A DNA stretch of 64,000 bases from Bacteroidales bacterium (GCA_015060405.1 SUYN01000015.1:2821-66820), one strand, 5' to 3'. Counted from the first letter of the stretch, positions 29,097 to 38,290 are shown. A program made the numbers and translations. The notes: generated by a model from the letters alone, not told the origin.

Positions 29097-30413
29097 ATGG
29101 CAACAAAAGAATTTTTCCCTGGTATCGGCAAGATCCAGTTTGAAGGCAAAGAAAGCAGGAATCCGCTTGCGTTCCGCTATTATGATGCAGACAAGGTAGT
29201 CCTTGGAAAGAAGATGAGCGAGTGGCTCAAGTTCTCTATGGCATGGTGGCACACACTCTGTGCTGAAGGTGCAGACCAGTTCGGCGGCGGCACAAAGACT
29301 TTCCCATGGAACGGCGCAGCCTGCCCTATACAGGCAGCCAAGGATAAGGTTGATGCAGGATTTGAGTTCATGCAGAAGATCGGCATCGAGTACTATTGTT
29401 TCCACGATGTTGACCTCGTTGACGAAGGTGCAGATGTAGAGGAATATGAGGCAAGACTCAAGGAAGTCGTGGCTTATCTCAAGGAGAAGCAGGCCGAGAC
29501 AGGCATCAAGCTTCTTTGGGGAACAGCAAACGTATTCGGCAACAAGAGATATATGAACGGCGCGGCTACCAACCCTGACTTTGATGTCGTTGCACGTGCA
29601 GCCGTACAGATCAAGAACGCGATCGACGCTACAATCGAGCTCGGCGGTACAAACTACGTGTTCTGGGGTGGTCGTGAGGGTTATATGAGCCTTCTCAACA
29701 CAGACCAGAAGCGTGAGAAGGAGCATCTTGCAATGATGCTTACCCTTGCCCGCGACTATGCACGTTCAAAGGGCTTCACAGGAACCTTCCTCATCGAGCC
29801 TAAGCCGATGGAGCCTACAAAGCACCAGTACGATGTCGACACTGAGACTGTCATCGGATTCCTTAAGGCACATGGCCTTGACAAGGACTTCAAGGTGAAC
29901 ATCGAGGTGAACCACGCTACTCTCGCAGGCCACACATTCGAGCACGAACTCGCTTGTGCAGTTGACGCAGGCATGCTCGGCTCTATCGACGCAAACCGTG
30001 GTGACTACCAGAACGGCTGGGACACTGACCAGTTCCCGATCGACTCATTCGACCTTACCCAGGCCATGATGCAGATCATCCGCAACGGCGGTCTCGGAAA
30101 CGGTGGTACAAACTTCGATGCAAAGACCCGTCGTAACTCTACAGACCTTGAGGACATCTTCATCGCCCACATCGCGGCTATGGATGCAATGGCCCGTGCT
30201 CTTGAGAATGCAGCAGCCCTCCTCGAGGAGTCTCCTCTCTGCCAGATGGTGAAGGAGCGCTACTCAAGCTTCGACTCAGGTCTCGGAAAGAAGTTCGAGG
30301 ACGGCGAGCTCACACTTGAGGACGTTTACGCATACGGCAAGGAGGTCAACGAGCCTAAGCAGACATCAGGTAAACAGGAGCTTTACGAGGCCATCCTCAA
30401 CATGTACTGCTAG
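29097..30413 (+). CDS. xylA: Xylose isomerase
   Basis: 438 aa. Classic XylA N-terminus '[31 protein letters not shown]'. Metal and catalytic motifs 'FHDVD', 'LWGTANVF', 'VFWGGREGY', '[16 protein letters not shown]', '[18 protein letters not shown]'. Confidence 0.97.
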   Translation: MATKEFFPGIGKIQFEGKESRNPLAFRYYDADKVVLGKKMSEWLKFSMAWWHTLCAEGADQFGGGTKTFPWNGAACPIQAAKDKVDAGFEFMQKIGIEYYCFHDVDLVDEGADVEEYEARLKEVVAYLKEKQAETGIKLLWGTANVFGNKRYMNGAATNPDFDVVARAAVQIKNAIDATIELGGTNYVFWGGREGYMSLLNTDQKREKEHLAMMLTLARDYARSKGFTGTFLIEPKPMEPTKHQYDVDTETVIGFLKAHGLDKDFKVNIEVNHATLAGHTFEHELACAVDAGMLGSIDANRGDYQNGWDTDQFPIDSFDLTQAMMQIIRNGGLGNGGTNFDAKTRRNSTDLEDIFIAHIAAMDAMARALENAAALLEESPLCQMVKERYSSFDSGLGKKFEDGELTLEDVYAYGKEVNEPKQTSGKQELYEAILNMYC

Positions 30414-30416
30414 TCC

Positions 30417-30485
30417 GGTCTTCCCCGGCCTGACCAATCGTCATCCCCGGCCTGACCAAACGTCATCCCCGGCCTGACCGGGGAT
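30417..30485 (+). repeat. Three tandem ~22-nt units ending in a complete hairpin (CGTCATCCCCGGCCTGACC...)
   Basis: Units are 'gtcttccccggcctgaccaat', 'cgtcatccccggcctgaccaaa', 'cgtcatccccggcctgaccggggat'. The last forms an 8-bp stem ATCCCCGG/CCGGGGAT (30465-30472 / 30478-30485) with loop CCTGA. Same element family as 59461-59486. Confidence 0.85.
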
Positions 30486-30501
30486 CTGTCCCAAAAACAA
30501 T

Positions 30502-31986
30502 ATGACAATGACAAACACCAACAACAAAGGCAGCAAGGGCTATCTTCTTTCGATAGTCCTTGTGGCCGTAATAGGCGGTCTGCTGTTCGGATACGACACA
30601 GCAGTCATCTCTGGTGCAGAGAAAGGCCTTCAGGCATTCTTCATGGGTGCAAAGGACTTTGTCTACACTGACTTCTTGCATGGCATCACCTCTTCAAGCG
30701 CCCTTATCGGCTGTGTGATCGGTGCTGCAATCTCAGGAATATGCGCATCCAGGATGGGACGTAAGAAGTCCCTCATCATGGCAGGTGTATTCTTCTTCCT
30801 CTCGGCTCTGGGCTCGTATAATCCGGAATTCATATTCTTCGACAAAGGACAGCCGTCCTTCTCCCTTCTGATCGCCTTCAACCTCTATAGAGTCCTCGGC
30901 GGAGTAGGTGTGGGTCTGGCATCGGCGATATGTCCTATGTACATTGCGGAGGTGGCTCCGAGCAATCTTCGCGGTACCCTCGTCTCATGGAACCAGTTCG
31001 CCATCATCTTCGGTCAGCTTGTGGTATATTTCGTGAACTTCCTGATTCTCGGCGACCACATCGCTCCTGCCATCCAGAAGATGGCTGAAGGAATCAACCA
31101 GGTGATGAATCCGGGAGAGGCGCAGTGGATGATAGAGACGGGATGGAGGTATATGTTTGTGAGTGAGGCAGTTCCGGCAGGTCTCTTCACCCTTCTCCTT
31201 TTCCTCGTCCCTGAGACTCCACGTTATCTTGCCATGACAGGCAACGACAGTCAGGCTCTTGCCATCCTTACAAAGATCAACGGTACATCAAAGGCGAAGG
31301 AGATTCTTGCAGAGATCAAGGCTACTGTCACAGAGAAGACTGAAAAGCTCTTTACCTACGGATGGCTCGTCATCTTCGTGGGCATCATGCTCAGCGTCTT
31401 CCAGCAGGCTGTCGGCATCAATGCAGTCCTGTATTTCGCGCCTCGTATATTCGAGTCTCTCGGCATGGGCAACCCTATGATGCAGACCGTCCTGATGGGT
31501 ATCGTGAACATCACCTTCACCCTCGTGGCTATCTTCACCGTAGAGAAATGGGGCCGCAAGCCTCTCCTCATCTGGGGCTCTATCGGAATGGCCGTCGGAG
31601 CGGCAGGAGTAGCTGTAACAAGTGTTTCTGCAGCTCTTCCTCCAGTCATTGCAGTCATCAGCATCATGGTCTACAGCGCATCATTCATGTTCAGCTGGGG
31701 ACCTATCTGCTGGGTGCTCATCTCCGAGATCTTCCCGAACACGATCCGTGGTGCTGCAGTCGCTATCGCAGTGGCATTCCAGTGGATCTTCAACTTCATC
31801 GTTTCTTCGACCTTCCTTCCTATGTACAACATGAGCCTCGGCTCTATGGGCGAGAACTTCGGTCACGCCTTTACATACGGTCTTTACGGAGTAATCTGCA
31901 TCCTTGCAGCAGTCTTCGTGTGGAAACTCGTACCTGAGACCAAGGGCAAGACCCTCGAAGACATGTCAAAGCTCTGGAAGAAATAG
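30502..31986 (+). CDS. xylE: MFS sugar porter, D-xylose:proton symporter type
   Basis: 494 aa, 12 TM pattern. Sugar-porter motifs 'GRKKSLIMAG', 'VPETPRYL', 'PETKGKTLEDM'. Lies next to xylAB. Confidence 0.85.
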   Translation: MTMTNTNNKGSKGYLLSIVLVAVIGGLLFGYDTAVISGAEKGLQAFFMGAKDFVYTDFLHGITSSSALIGCVIGAAISGICASRMGRKKSLIMAGVFFFLSALGSYNPEFIFFDKGQPSFSLLIAFNLYRVLGGVGVGLASAICPMYIAEVAPSNLRGTLVSWNQFAIIFGQLVVYFVNFLILGDHIAPAIQKMAEGINQVMNPGEAQWMIETGWRYMFVSEAVPAGLFTLLLFLVPETPRYLAMTGNDSQALAILTKINGTSKAKEILAEIKATVTEKTEKLFTYGWLVIFVGIMLSVFQQAVGINAVLYFAPRIFESLGMGNPMMQTVLMGIVNITFTLVAIFTVEKWGRKPLLIWGSIGMAVGAAGVAVTSVSAALPPVIAVISIMVYSASFMFSWGPICWVLISEIFPNTIRGAAVAIAVAFQWIFNFIVSSTFLPMYNMSLGSMGENFGHAFTYGLYGVICILAAVFVWKLVPETKGKTLEDMSKLWKK

Positions 31987-32010
31987 TATCTATCAGATAC
32001 AGAGTATATT

Positions 32011-32052
32011 AAATAGAATCACCTGCGCCATCTGACGCAGGTGATTCTATTT
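32011..32052. terminator. Bidirectional terminator hairpin between convergent xylE and GH31
   Basis: Perfect 17-bp stem AAATAGAATCACCTGCG / CGCAGGTGATTCTATTT (32011-32027 / 32036-32052) with an 8-nt loop. A/T runs on both sides. Confidence 0.8.
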
Positions 32053-32095
32053 AATGGTCTGATTATCAGTCTGTTGCTATTCTCGGTCGGCGGGA

Positions 32096-34639
32096 CTATT
32101 TCAAATTCCAGCCGCAGTGGTTCAGGAACCATTCGATGTCAGCCTCCTTGAGGCGTGGCTGCTGTCTGAGGATTTCAGGGAGGTTGTTGTAACCTTCGAT
32201 GAACTCCACTGTCAGCTCCGCCGCCTTTTCAGGGTTGTAGAGGATGGCTTCGTTTACAGAACCGAGTTTCGCGAGGGCGTCGATAGGGTCGGCGCCTGTG
32301 CGGAACTTGAGAGCCTCGATGCTGCGGGCCATTCTGCGTGAGAGACCTACAGTGCCCTGTGCAAGTGAAGTACATTCACATGGATAGGTGATGCTGATGA
32401 CCTTCTCTGCAGCGCAGTCTGTTACAGGCACGTCAACTGTGAAAGAGAGGTCGTAGCCGTCGTATTCATAAGAAGCCTCCTTTCCGTTTACAGTCACTGC
32501 TGCCGGTGCGACGCTGCCCATGACCCTCACCTTGAAGTTGCGCTCTGCCGGCATGTCCTTGTAGCTGCCCTGACGTGGAGCGATGGTTATTGTCTGTTCT
32601 GTGCCGTTCCACTGTGAAGAGAGAAGGGTAGTGGCAAACTCGGTGTCATAGTTCTTGTCATTTCCTGCGTCCTCGTACATTGTGAATGTGCTATTGCCTT
32701 TAGGGAAGACTGTCACTATGATGTCCTCGTCGTTTCCGTTGAGGTTGTTGACTGTGTCGTCGTAGAACGGAAGCACAGCTCCTGCCTTGATGTAGACACC
32801 GTACTCGTCGATTGCGAAATGGCGTTTCACGACAGCGCCGCCTTCGAGAAGTGTTCCGGTGTGAAGCTCATACCATGTTCCTTCCGGAAGCCATATCTCC
32901 ATTGCTGTGAAGCCGCCTTCGTCAGCCGGTCTTGTGACAGGGGCGATGAGCATGTCATCTCCGAACATATACTGGCTTCTGAAGTCATATGCCTCCTCGC
33001 ACTCAGGATAGTCGTAATAGAGAGGACGGCAGAGTGAGAGGCCTTCGTCATAGCCCTTGCGAGCCATTGCATATATATATGGTGCCATCTCATAGCGCTG
33101 ACGCACTGTGTTTCTGATGACCTCCGCATATTTCTCCTCAAACACCCATGGCTCCTTGTTGAGGGAACCGCTTTTTGAGCTGTGCGTACGCATCACAGGG
33201 CTGAATCCGCCGTACTGAAGCCAGCGGGTGTACATCTCAGGATCTATACCCTTGCCCTGGTCCAGGTGACCGCCTATGTCGTGGCTCCAGTAGCCGTAAA
33301 GCACGTTGGAAGCAGTGGCTGTGAAGTATGGCTGGAATTCGAGGGATTTCCATGTGATCGTGGCGTCTCCCGAGAATCCTATCTGATAGCGGTGGTTTCC
33401 GAGTCCTCCCCAGCGATGGTAGAGGAGAGGACGCTTGTCACCGTTACGTTCCATGTCGGTGAAGAACGCGTAGTTGATCCACCATGTGTTGTGAAGCTTT
33501 TCGAGTCTTGTATCATAGACATGCTGCTGCCAGTCGAGCCACCAGAAGTCTACGCCTTCCTTCTGCATAGGATGGAGGACCTGCTCGAACATGTTGGTCA
33601 TGAAGGCCTTGTCAGAGTTGATCCACTCGATCCTTTCCTTGCCTGCAGGGTCCTTGCCGAGGCTCTCTGCAAGTGCAGGGTAGCTTTCTTCCCAATGGTC
33701 GAAGCCGTCTGCAGGATGCAGGTTCAGTGTGACTTTGAGGTCATTGTCCTTCAGGTAGCCCATGAACTTCTCTGGATCAGGGAATATCGACTTGTTCCAG
33801 GTCCAGCCTGTCCATCCGCCGCGTCCCTCGTCCGTATAGTGCCAGTCCATGTCGACAACCAGCACATCAAGAGGAATATTGAATGTATGGAACTTGTCCA
33901 CGAGGTTGCGGAGCTCCTTGTCAGAATAGGCCCAGTAGCGGCTCCACCAGTAACCGAAGGTGAATCTTGGAGGGAGTGGCATCTTGCCTGCGAACACTGT
34001 GAAATCCTTCAGTGCAGCCTTGTAGTCGTGGCCGTAAGCCATGAAGTACCAGTCCTGTCCTTTCGCTTCTCTTTCCTTTACCCAAGCCCACTCGGAGTCA
34101 TCAAAGAGATAACTCTCGGACTCATCGATGAGTGTCCATCCGTCGCGGGCTATGATTCCTTCCTCGAACTGACGGGTCTCGCCCTTCTTCATGTCTGAAA
34201 CCCAGTCCTGGGTCTGCACATCTCCGTCAAGGCCGTCGAGGGTCCTGAATGTACCCTTGAGGTTGGCCTGCTGTTTCATTCCCGGCTTCCATGTGAAGAA
34301 ACCGTCCTTTGCCTTGATCACGAGGTTCGAGGCGGTGAATTCACCAGTGCCCTTCCTGTACTCAAGGATCATCCTGGCTGTCTCGATCCTGACCTTCTTT
34401 CCGCCGGCCTTCACCTTGTAATCGACAGCCGGATAGTCCCGTTCCGAAGCTACAAACGAAGGAAGGTCAGTGAATCTGCCTTCTGCCTGCCATTCCAGGC
34501 GGATCACGCCGTCTGTGATGACCGTGAAGCGGACTTCAGAGTCCTGGTAGGCAACATTCTTTGCCTCCTGCGCTGAAAGTGACGCCGTGATGAACAGCAT
34601 CGCCATGCAGAGCAAGGTACCGATTTTTCCTTTTGACAT
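32096..34639 (-). CDS. GH31-family alpha-glucosidase-type hydrolase (last gene of the alpha-glucan PUL)
   Basis: 847 aa with a signal peptide. GH31 motifs 'PPRFTFGYWWSRYWAY', nucleophile region 'GVDFWWLDWQQ', 'FSGDATITW', 'FSPVMRTHS'. It ends in an unusual ~90-aa helical tail. Confidence 0.85.
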   Translation of the reverse strand: MSKGKIGTLLCMAMLFITASLSAQEAKNVAYQDSEVRFTVITDGVIRLEWQAEGRFTDLPSFVASERDYPAVDYKVKAGGKKVRIETARMILEYRKGTGEFTASNLVIKAKDGFFTWKPGMKQQANLKGTFRTLDGLDGDVQTQDWVSDMKKGETRQFEEGIIARDGWTLIDESESYLFDDSEWAWVKEREAKGQDWYFMAYGHDYKAALKDFTVFAGKMPLPPRFTFGYWWSRYWAYSDKELRNLVDKFHTFNIPLDVLVVDMDWHYTDEGRGGWTGWTWNKSIFPDPEKFMGYLKDNDLKVTLNLHPADGFDHWEESYPALAESLGKDPAGKERIEWINSDKAFMTNMFEQVLHPMQKEGVDFWWLDWQQHVYDTRLEKLHNTWWINYAFFTDMERNGDKRPLLYHRWGGLGNHRYQIGFSGDATITWKSLEFQPYFTATASNVLYGYWSHDIGGHLDQGKGIDPEMYTRWLQYGGFSPVMRTHSSKSGSLNKEPWVFEEKYAEVIRNTVRQRYEMAPYIYAMARKGYDEGLSLCRPLYYDYPECEEAYDFRSQYMFGDDMLIAPVTRPADEGGFTAMEIWLPEGTWYELHTGTLLEGGAVVKRHFAIDEYGVYIKAGAVLPFYDDTVNNLNGNDEDIIVTVFPKGNSTFTMYEDAGNDKNYDTEFATTLLSSQWNGTEQTITIAPRQGSYKDMPAERNFKVRVMGSVAPAAVTVNGKEASYEYDGYDLSFTVDVPVTDCAAEKVISITYPCECTSLAQGTVGLSRRMARSIEALKFRTGADPIDALAKLGSVNEAILYNPEKAAELTVEFIEGYNNLPEILRQQPRLKEADIEWFLNHCGWNLK

Positions 34640-34691
34640 AATTGTGTTTGCTGTTATGGTTATTTCGTGTAAATATAGATATTTTTTTACA

Positions 34692-34723
34692 AACCGGTCC
34701 GTCCTTCACAGGCAGGACCGGTT
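34692..34723 (-). terminator. Hairpin in the 151-nt gap between the SGNH-fusion gene and GH31
   Basis: 9-bp perfect stem AACCGGTCC / GGACCGGTT, extendable with mismatches. On the minus strand it is followed by TTTGT and then an A-run, so terminator function is uncertain. Confidence 0.35.
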
Positions 34724-34790
34724 GGAACGTGACAATCTACTAACCAACAATATTCTGATTGTCACGGGATATTTCATTGTCCGTCTCCGG

Positions 34791-36947
34791 TTATTCCGGA
34801 TCTACGGTTCCAGGATTGTCAGATACGATGCTTTCCGCAAGGTTTCTCATGTACTTGGCGCGCTCTGCCGCAACATTGCAGTTTACATCAGGAGCCTTGA
34901 ACTCCAGACCGAACATAGTGACATACTCCACACAGGCCTCCAGAAAGGCGCTTGTGCGGGTAGGGTGGAGACCGTCTCCTGAGAAATACAGGCTCCAGCC
35001 GGAATGTTCCTTGCGCGACTGCGCAAATGCCATTCCTACAGGAGCTATCCTGCAGTCTGCAGCCAGGGCCATTTCCATGACACCGTCATAAAGGAGCTGG
35101 TCGAAATTCTCATAGCTGCCGTATCCTCCGAATGTGTTGTCGGAGTTAGGATAGGCCCATGTAAGGTCAAGTATCACATCACATTCAGGAGAGTACTGGC
35201 GTATCATATCTGCAAGCTTCACGCAATTATCGCGGACCTTTGCATATCCTGTCGGATCGTCCGCCAGCCTTGCCGGGTTCTTGCTCTGGTCCTGGATGAT
35301 CGCGAAGTCATATCCTCCCTTTCTTACCGCCTCCAGAGAGTTGGAGAGCTGGAGATGCTTCTCGAACGACTGTGATCCCTTCACGTGTGCAGTGATCTTC
35401 AGGTCGATGCCCTGGCTCCATGCTATCTCCCGGAGCATGAACATAGGGTTGAAGTAGTAGTGGAAAGAGTTTCCGAGGATGAGCACCTTCTTTGTCTGGG
35501 TGATCTCCACGTCCGGATAGAGCTGCACGTCAGAAGCCGTGAAGCCGAAGTCAGGCAGGCTGCATGCAGAATTTGCGGTTGCATTGATGTCCTGGGCGCT
35601 TCCGTCGCAGGTCATGCCGCCGACTGCGCGGCACCTGATCTGCACCTTGTCGGCAGCATTCTCGAAACGGCATGTCTGCATCACTGTAGTGTACTGATAG
35701 GTGTCGTTTGATCCGGTAGAAACCTCTCCGGAGAGCTTGTAGGTGTACTTCACTGAAGCATCCTCCTCGGCAGTCAGGAGATCTTCTTCCGAAGACTTCC
35801 ATACTCCGCCGTCAAGGTACTCGACGATGAAGTATTTAGGTGCCTTCTTGTCTCCCGCCATAGTCGCATTGAATGCGATCACAGCCCCGGCATCTATTGA
35901 TGCGTCGAATGTGTAGAGCCAGCAGTCTCCTTCCACCATCGTAGATACATTAGGATTGTTTCCTACGACCTTGCAGGTGAACGGCACATCTGCATTCGCC
36001 TCTCCGCGTACCACTGTGATCTGTCCTGCAGAACCATCGGTAGCGCCGACAATGTGCATGTGGGGCCATGAGACGGAGTAGGTGTTCTTGTTGTCACGGA
36101 AGACCCACTGGCTGAGGAACGGCTCCTTGGCGGCAGCCTGGCTCACGCTGAACTCAATGTTCTGGCTCTTGTCTGAAGATGAGAGCATGAACTTGCCTTC
36201 GCGCTTGCTCTTCAATCCGTTAGGGGCTGCATAGAGGGTGAGGTACTGTGCCTTTGCACTTTTCTGACCTGATGTCACCTTCTCGCCGTTTTCGTCAAGG
36301 ACCACAAGCCAGTCGTTTCCACAGAGGTCGATTGTCCAGTCGTAGTCCCTTGCTGACAGAGTCAGTGATTTTCCTCCCGTAGGCAGGCTCTCGAAACTTG
36401 CGGATGTGGCTGAAAGTGCGAATGTGTCGCCGGCCTCTTCTGCGAAATAAGGATCCACTTCCTCTGCAGAGTCATCAGTCACCTTGAAGAAATAGTGACG
36501 GTTCATCGTCACCTCGTACCCGTCCTGGGTGTTCTGTGATGAGCTGCAGTTGAAGATGAGCTTCATGGTCTTGTCGTTGAGCGCCTTGCCCATGTCGACA
36601 TATTTATATGTCACTTCATTTATGTCGACGCTTCCGGTCACTGCATTTCCCGGCCATCCCTTGGTCACGCTGCCGTCCGCGCTGTTCCATCCGTAGATGT
36701 GAGTCGCGCCCCATGAAGTGCGGTCCTGAAAGAAGATGGCATAGCCGTCAAGTTCAAGGGCGGCAACGGGATCCTTCTGTTCTCCCTCATCCTCCTTTCC
36801 GGGCTCGTCTTCCTTGTTGTCAGGTGTCTCCTCTGTCTGTCCCTTGTCGTCGTCAGGCACTACAGGCTCCGGCTCCGGATTGCATGCAACCAGAACGGAA
36901 GAGACGAAGGCAGCCAGAAAGGCTGCAGATATTCTTCTTATATTCAT
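34791..36947 (-). CDS. Multidomain lipoprotein: starch-type CBM + BACON-like + unknown beta domain + SGNH/DUF4886-like esterase domain
   Basis: 718 aa. Lipobox (VLVAC), then an acidic Pro/Glu linker. CBM25/26-like segment 'THIYGWNSADGSVTKGWPGNAVTG...KLIFNCSSSQNTQDGYEV'. BACON-like segment 'DYDWTIDLCGNDWLVVLD...REGKFMLSS'. The C-terminal domain has 'KKVLILGNSFHYY' (GxS block I) and 'SGDGLHPT' (DxxH block V). Confidence 0.65.
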   Translation of the reverse strand: MNIRRISAAFLAAFVSSVLVACNPEPEPVVPDDDKGQTEETPDNKEDEPGKEDEGEQKDPVAALELDGYAIFFQDRTSWGATHIYGWNSADGSVTKGWPGNAVTGSVDINEVTYKYVDMGKALNDKTMKLIFNCSSSQNTQDGYEVTMNRHYFFKVTDDSAEEVDPYFAEEAGDTFALSATSASFESLPTGGKSLTLSARDYDWTIDLCGNDWLVVLDENGEKVTSGQKSAKAQYLTLYAAPNGLKSKREGKFMLSSSDKSQNIEFSVSQAAAKEPFLSQWVFRDNKNTYSVSWPHMHIVGATDGSAGQITVVRGEANADVPFTCKVVGNNPNVSTMVEGDCWLYTFDASIDAGAVIAFNATMAGDKKAPKYFIVEYLDGGVWKSSEEDLLTAEEDASVKYTYKLSGEVSTGSNDTYQYTTVMQTCRFENAADKVQIRCRAVGGMTCDGSAQDINATANSACSLPDFGFTASDVQLYPDVEITQTKKVLILGNSFHYYFNPMFMLREIAWSQGIDLKITAHVKGSQSFEKHLQLSNSLEAVRKGGYDFAIIQDQSKNPARLADDPTGYAKVRDNCVKLADMIRQYSPECDVILDLTWAYPNSDNTFGGYGSYENFDQLLYDGVMEMALAADCRIAPVGMAFAQSRKEHSGWSLYFSGDGLHPTRTSAFLEACVEYVTMFGLEFKAPDVNCNVAAERAKYMRNLAESIVSDNPGTVDPE

Positions 36948-36949
36948 GG

Positions 36950-38290
36950 CTATTTCAGTATGATGTATCCGTATGGGTCAAGATGAATGTTCTCGCCGAG
37001 GATGAGCTTTGCGCCGGTCATGAGGTCGGTGCACTCCTTTCCGGCCCATTCTTCAGGTGTCTTGATGGTGTAGTCCTCGTGACGTACGTTCACAAGCACG
37101 AGCACCTTGTCGCAGCAGTCGCTCTTCTGGAAGGCGAGGATGTTCTCGTCCGGATATGCGGTGATCTCTCCCTTGCGGATTGCAGGGATCTCATTGTAGA
37201 GTCTGATGAGGTCCGTATATTCCTTGTTGAGGTCGGAATTGGCCTCCCAATCCACCGGAACATATCTGAAGAAGTTGATTCTTCCAGGATAGCCGGCTTC
37301 CTGCGAACCATAGATGAGTGCACCTCCGTTGATGTAGGCAGATGCCACGAAGGCTGCCATAGATCCTCTTTCTCCGCCGAATTCTCTGATTGGGGACATC
37401 TTGTCTGATTCGTCATGGTTGGTGGTGAAACGGAGCTTCACACATCCTTCAGGAACTCCTGCGTATTCAGCAGAGTCAGCTGCAAACAGGCTGTGTGCCG
37501 GCTGTGCGGGACCTCGTCTTCCTCCATTGAACACAGATCTTACAGCTGCGAGATAGTCCCATGCATAGTTCATCTCGAATCCTGCATCGAAGTGATCCTT
37601 TCTCTTGCCTTCAGCAAGAAGGAGGAGCTTGTGGTCAGGAATCGCGCGGAGCGAATCACAGCACTGCTTCCAGAAGTCGAAAGGAACGAAGTCCGCAGCA
37701 TCGCAGCGGAAGCCGTCGATGCCTACTTCAGTCACCCAGTACTTCATTGCGTCAATCATTGCAAGACGCATGTCCTGATTGTCAAAGTTCAGGTCGGCCA
37801 CGTCAAGCCATCCTGTGTTGGCTGGGGAAACGATCTCTCCCTTCTCGTCCAGGGTGTACCACTCCTTGTGCTCCATCCAGTTGCTGTCCCATGATGTGTG
37901 GTTGGCAACCCAGTCCACGATCACGCTCATCCCTTTCCGGTGGCACAGTGACACGAGGCTCTTGAATTCCTCAAGTGTTCCGAACTCCGGATTCACTCCC
38001 TTATAGTCGCTGATGCAGTAAGGGGAGTTGACGGTCTTTATCTGACCGACCGGATATACAGGCATGAACCACACCACGTTGGTTCCGAGAGCCTTTATCG
38101 AATCGATATGCTCAGCTACGGCATTGAATGATTTCTCCGGTGCAAACACGCGCGGATTCACCTGGTACATCACCACATCTTCCGGAGCAGGTACTTCGTA
38201 GCCGTCTTCACATGTGCAGCTGCTGTTGCAGCAAGATGCAGCCAGAACTGCGCAGGCAACAAGGCCTGCAAATATATTCCTGTACGTCAT
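36950..38290 (-). CDS. GH13 alpha-amylase-family lipoprotein (paralog 2)
   Basis: 446 aa. Lipobox (LAASC). GH13 regions I-IV: 'VDWVANHTS', 'GFRCDAADFVP', 'LLLLAEGKR', 'FTTNHDES'. Confidence 0.9.
   Translation of the reverse strand: MTYRNIFAGLVACAVLAASCCNSSCTCEDGYEVPAPEDVVMYQVNPRVFAPEKSFNAVAEHIDSIKALGTNVVWFMPVYPVGQIKTVNSPYCISDYKGVNPEFGTLEEFKSLVSLCHRKGMSVIVDWVANHTSWDSNWMEHKEWYTLDEKGEIVSPANTGWLDVADLNFDNQDMRLAMIDAMKYWVTEVGIDGFRCDAADFVPFDFWKQCCDSLRAIPDHKLLLLAEGKRKDHFDAGFEMNYAWDYLAAVRSVFNGGRRGPAQPAHSLFAADSAEYAGVPEGCVKLRFTTNHDESDKMSPIREFGGERGSMAAFVASAYINGGALIYGSQEAGYPGRINFFRYVPVDWEANSDLNKEYTDLIRLYNEIPAIRKGEITAYPDENILAFQKSDCCDKVLVLVNVRHEDYTIKTPEEWAGKECTDLMTGAKLILGENIHLDPYGYIILK

Noticed and set aside
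31362-31937. 191-aa ORF in an alternative plus-strand frame inside xylE (also 31259-31480 and 31622-31834)
   Set aside because: It lies entirely within the well-supported MFS transporter gene. The translation is Arg/Ser/His-rich with no membrane or domain features.
33182-34198. 338-aa plus-strand ORF antisense to the GH31 gene. Similar long antisense ORFs occur at 57297-58496 (uvrB), 18501-19421 (GH43), 19760-20482, 20454-21053, 21111-21698 (GH31), 15568-16203, 29088-29726 (xylA), 36608-37408 and 40053-40715
   Set aside because: Each lies opposite a gene with unmistakable family motifs. Their translations are low-complexity (Arg/His/Val/Leu-rich) with no recognisable domains. This is typical of stop-poor antisense frames in GC3-rich genes.
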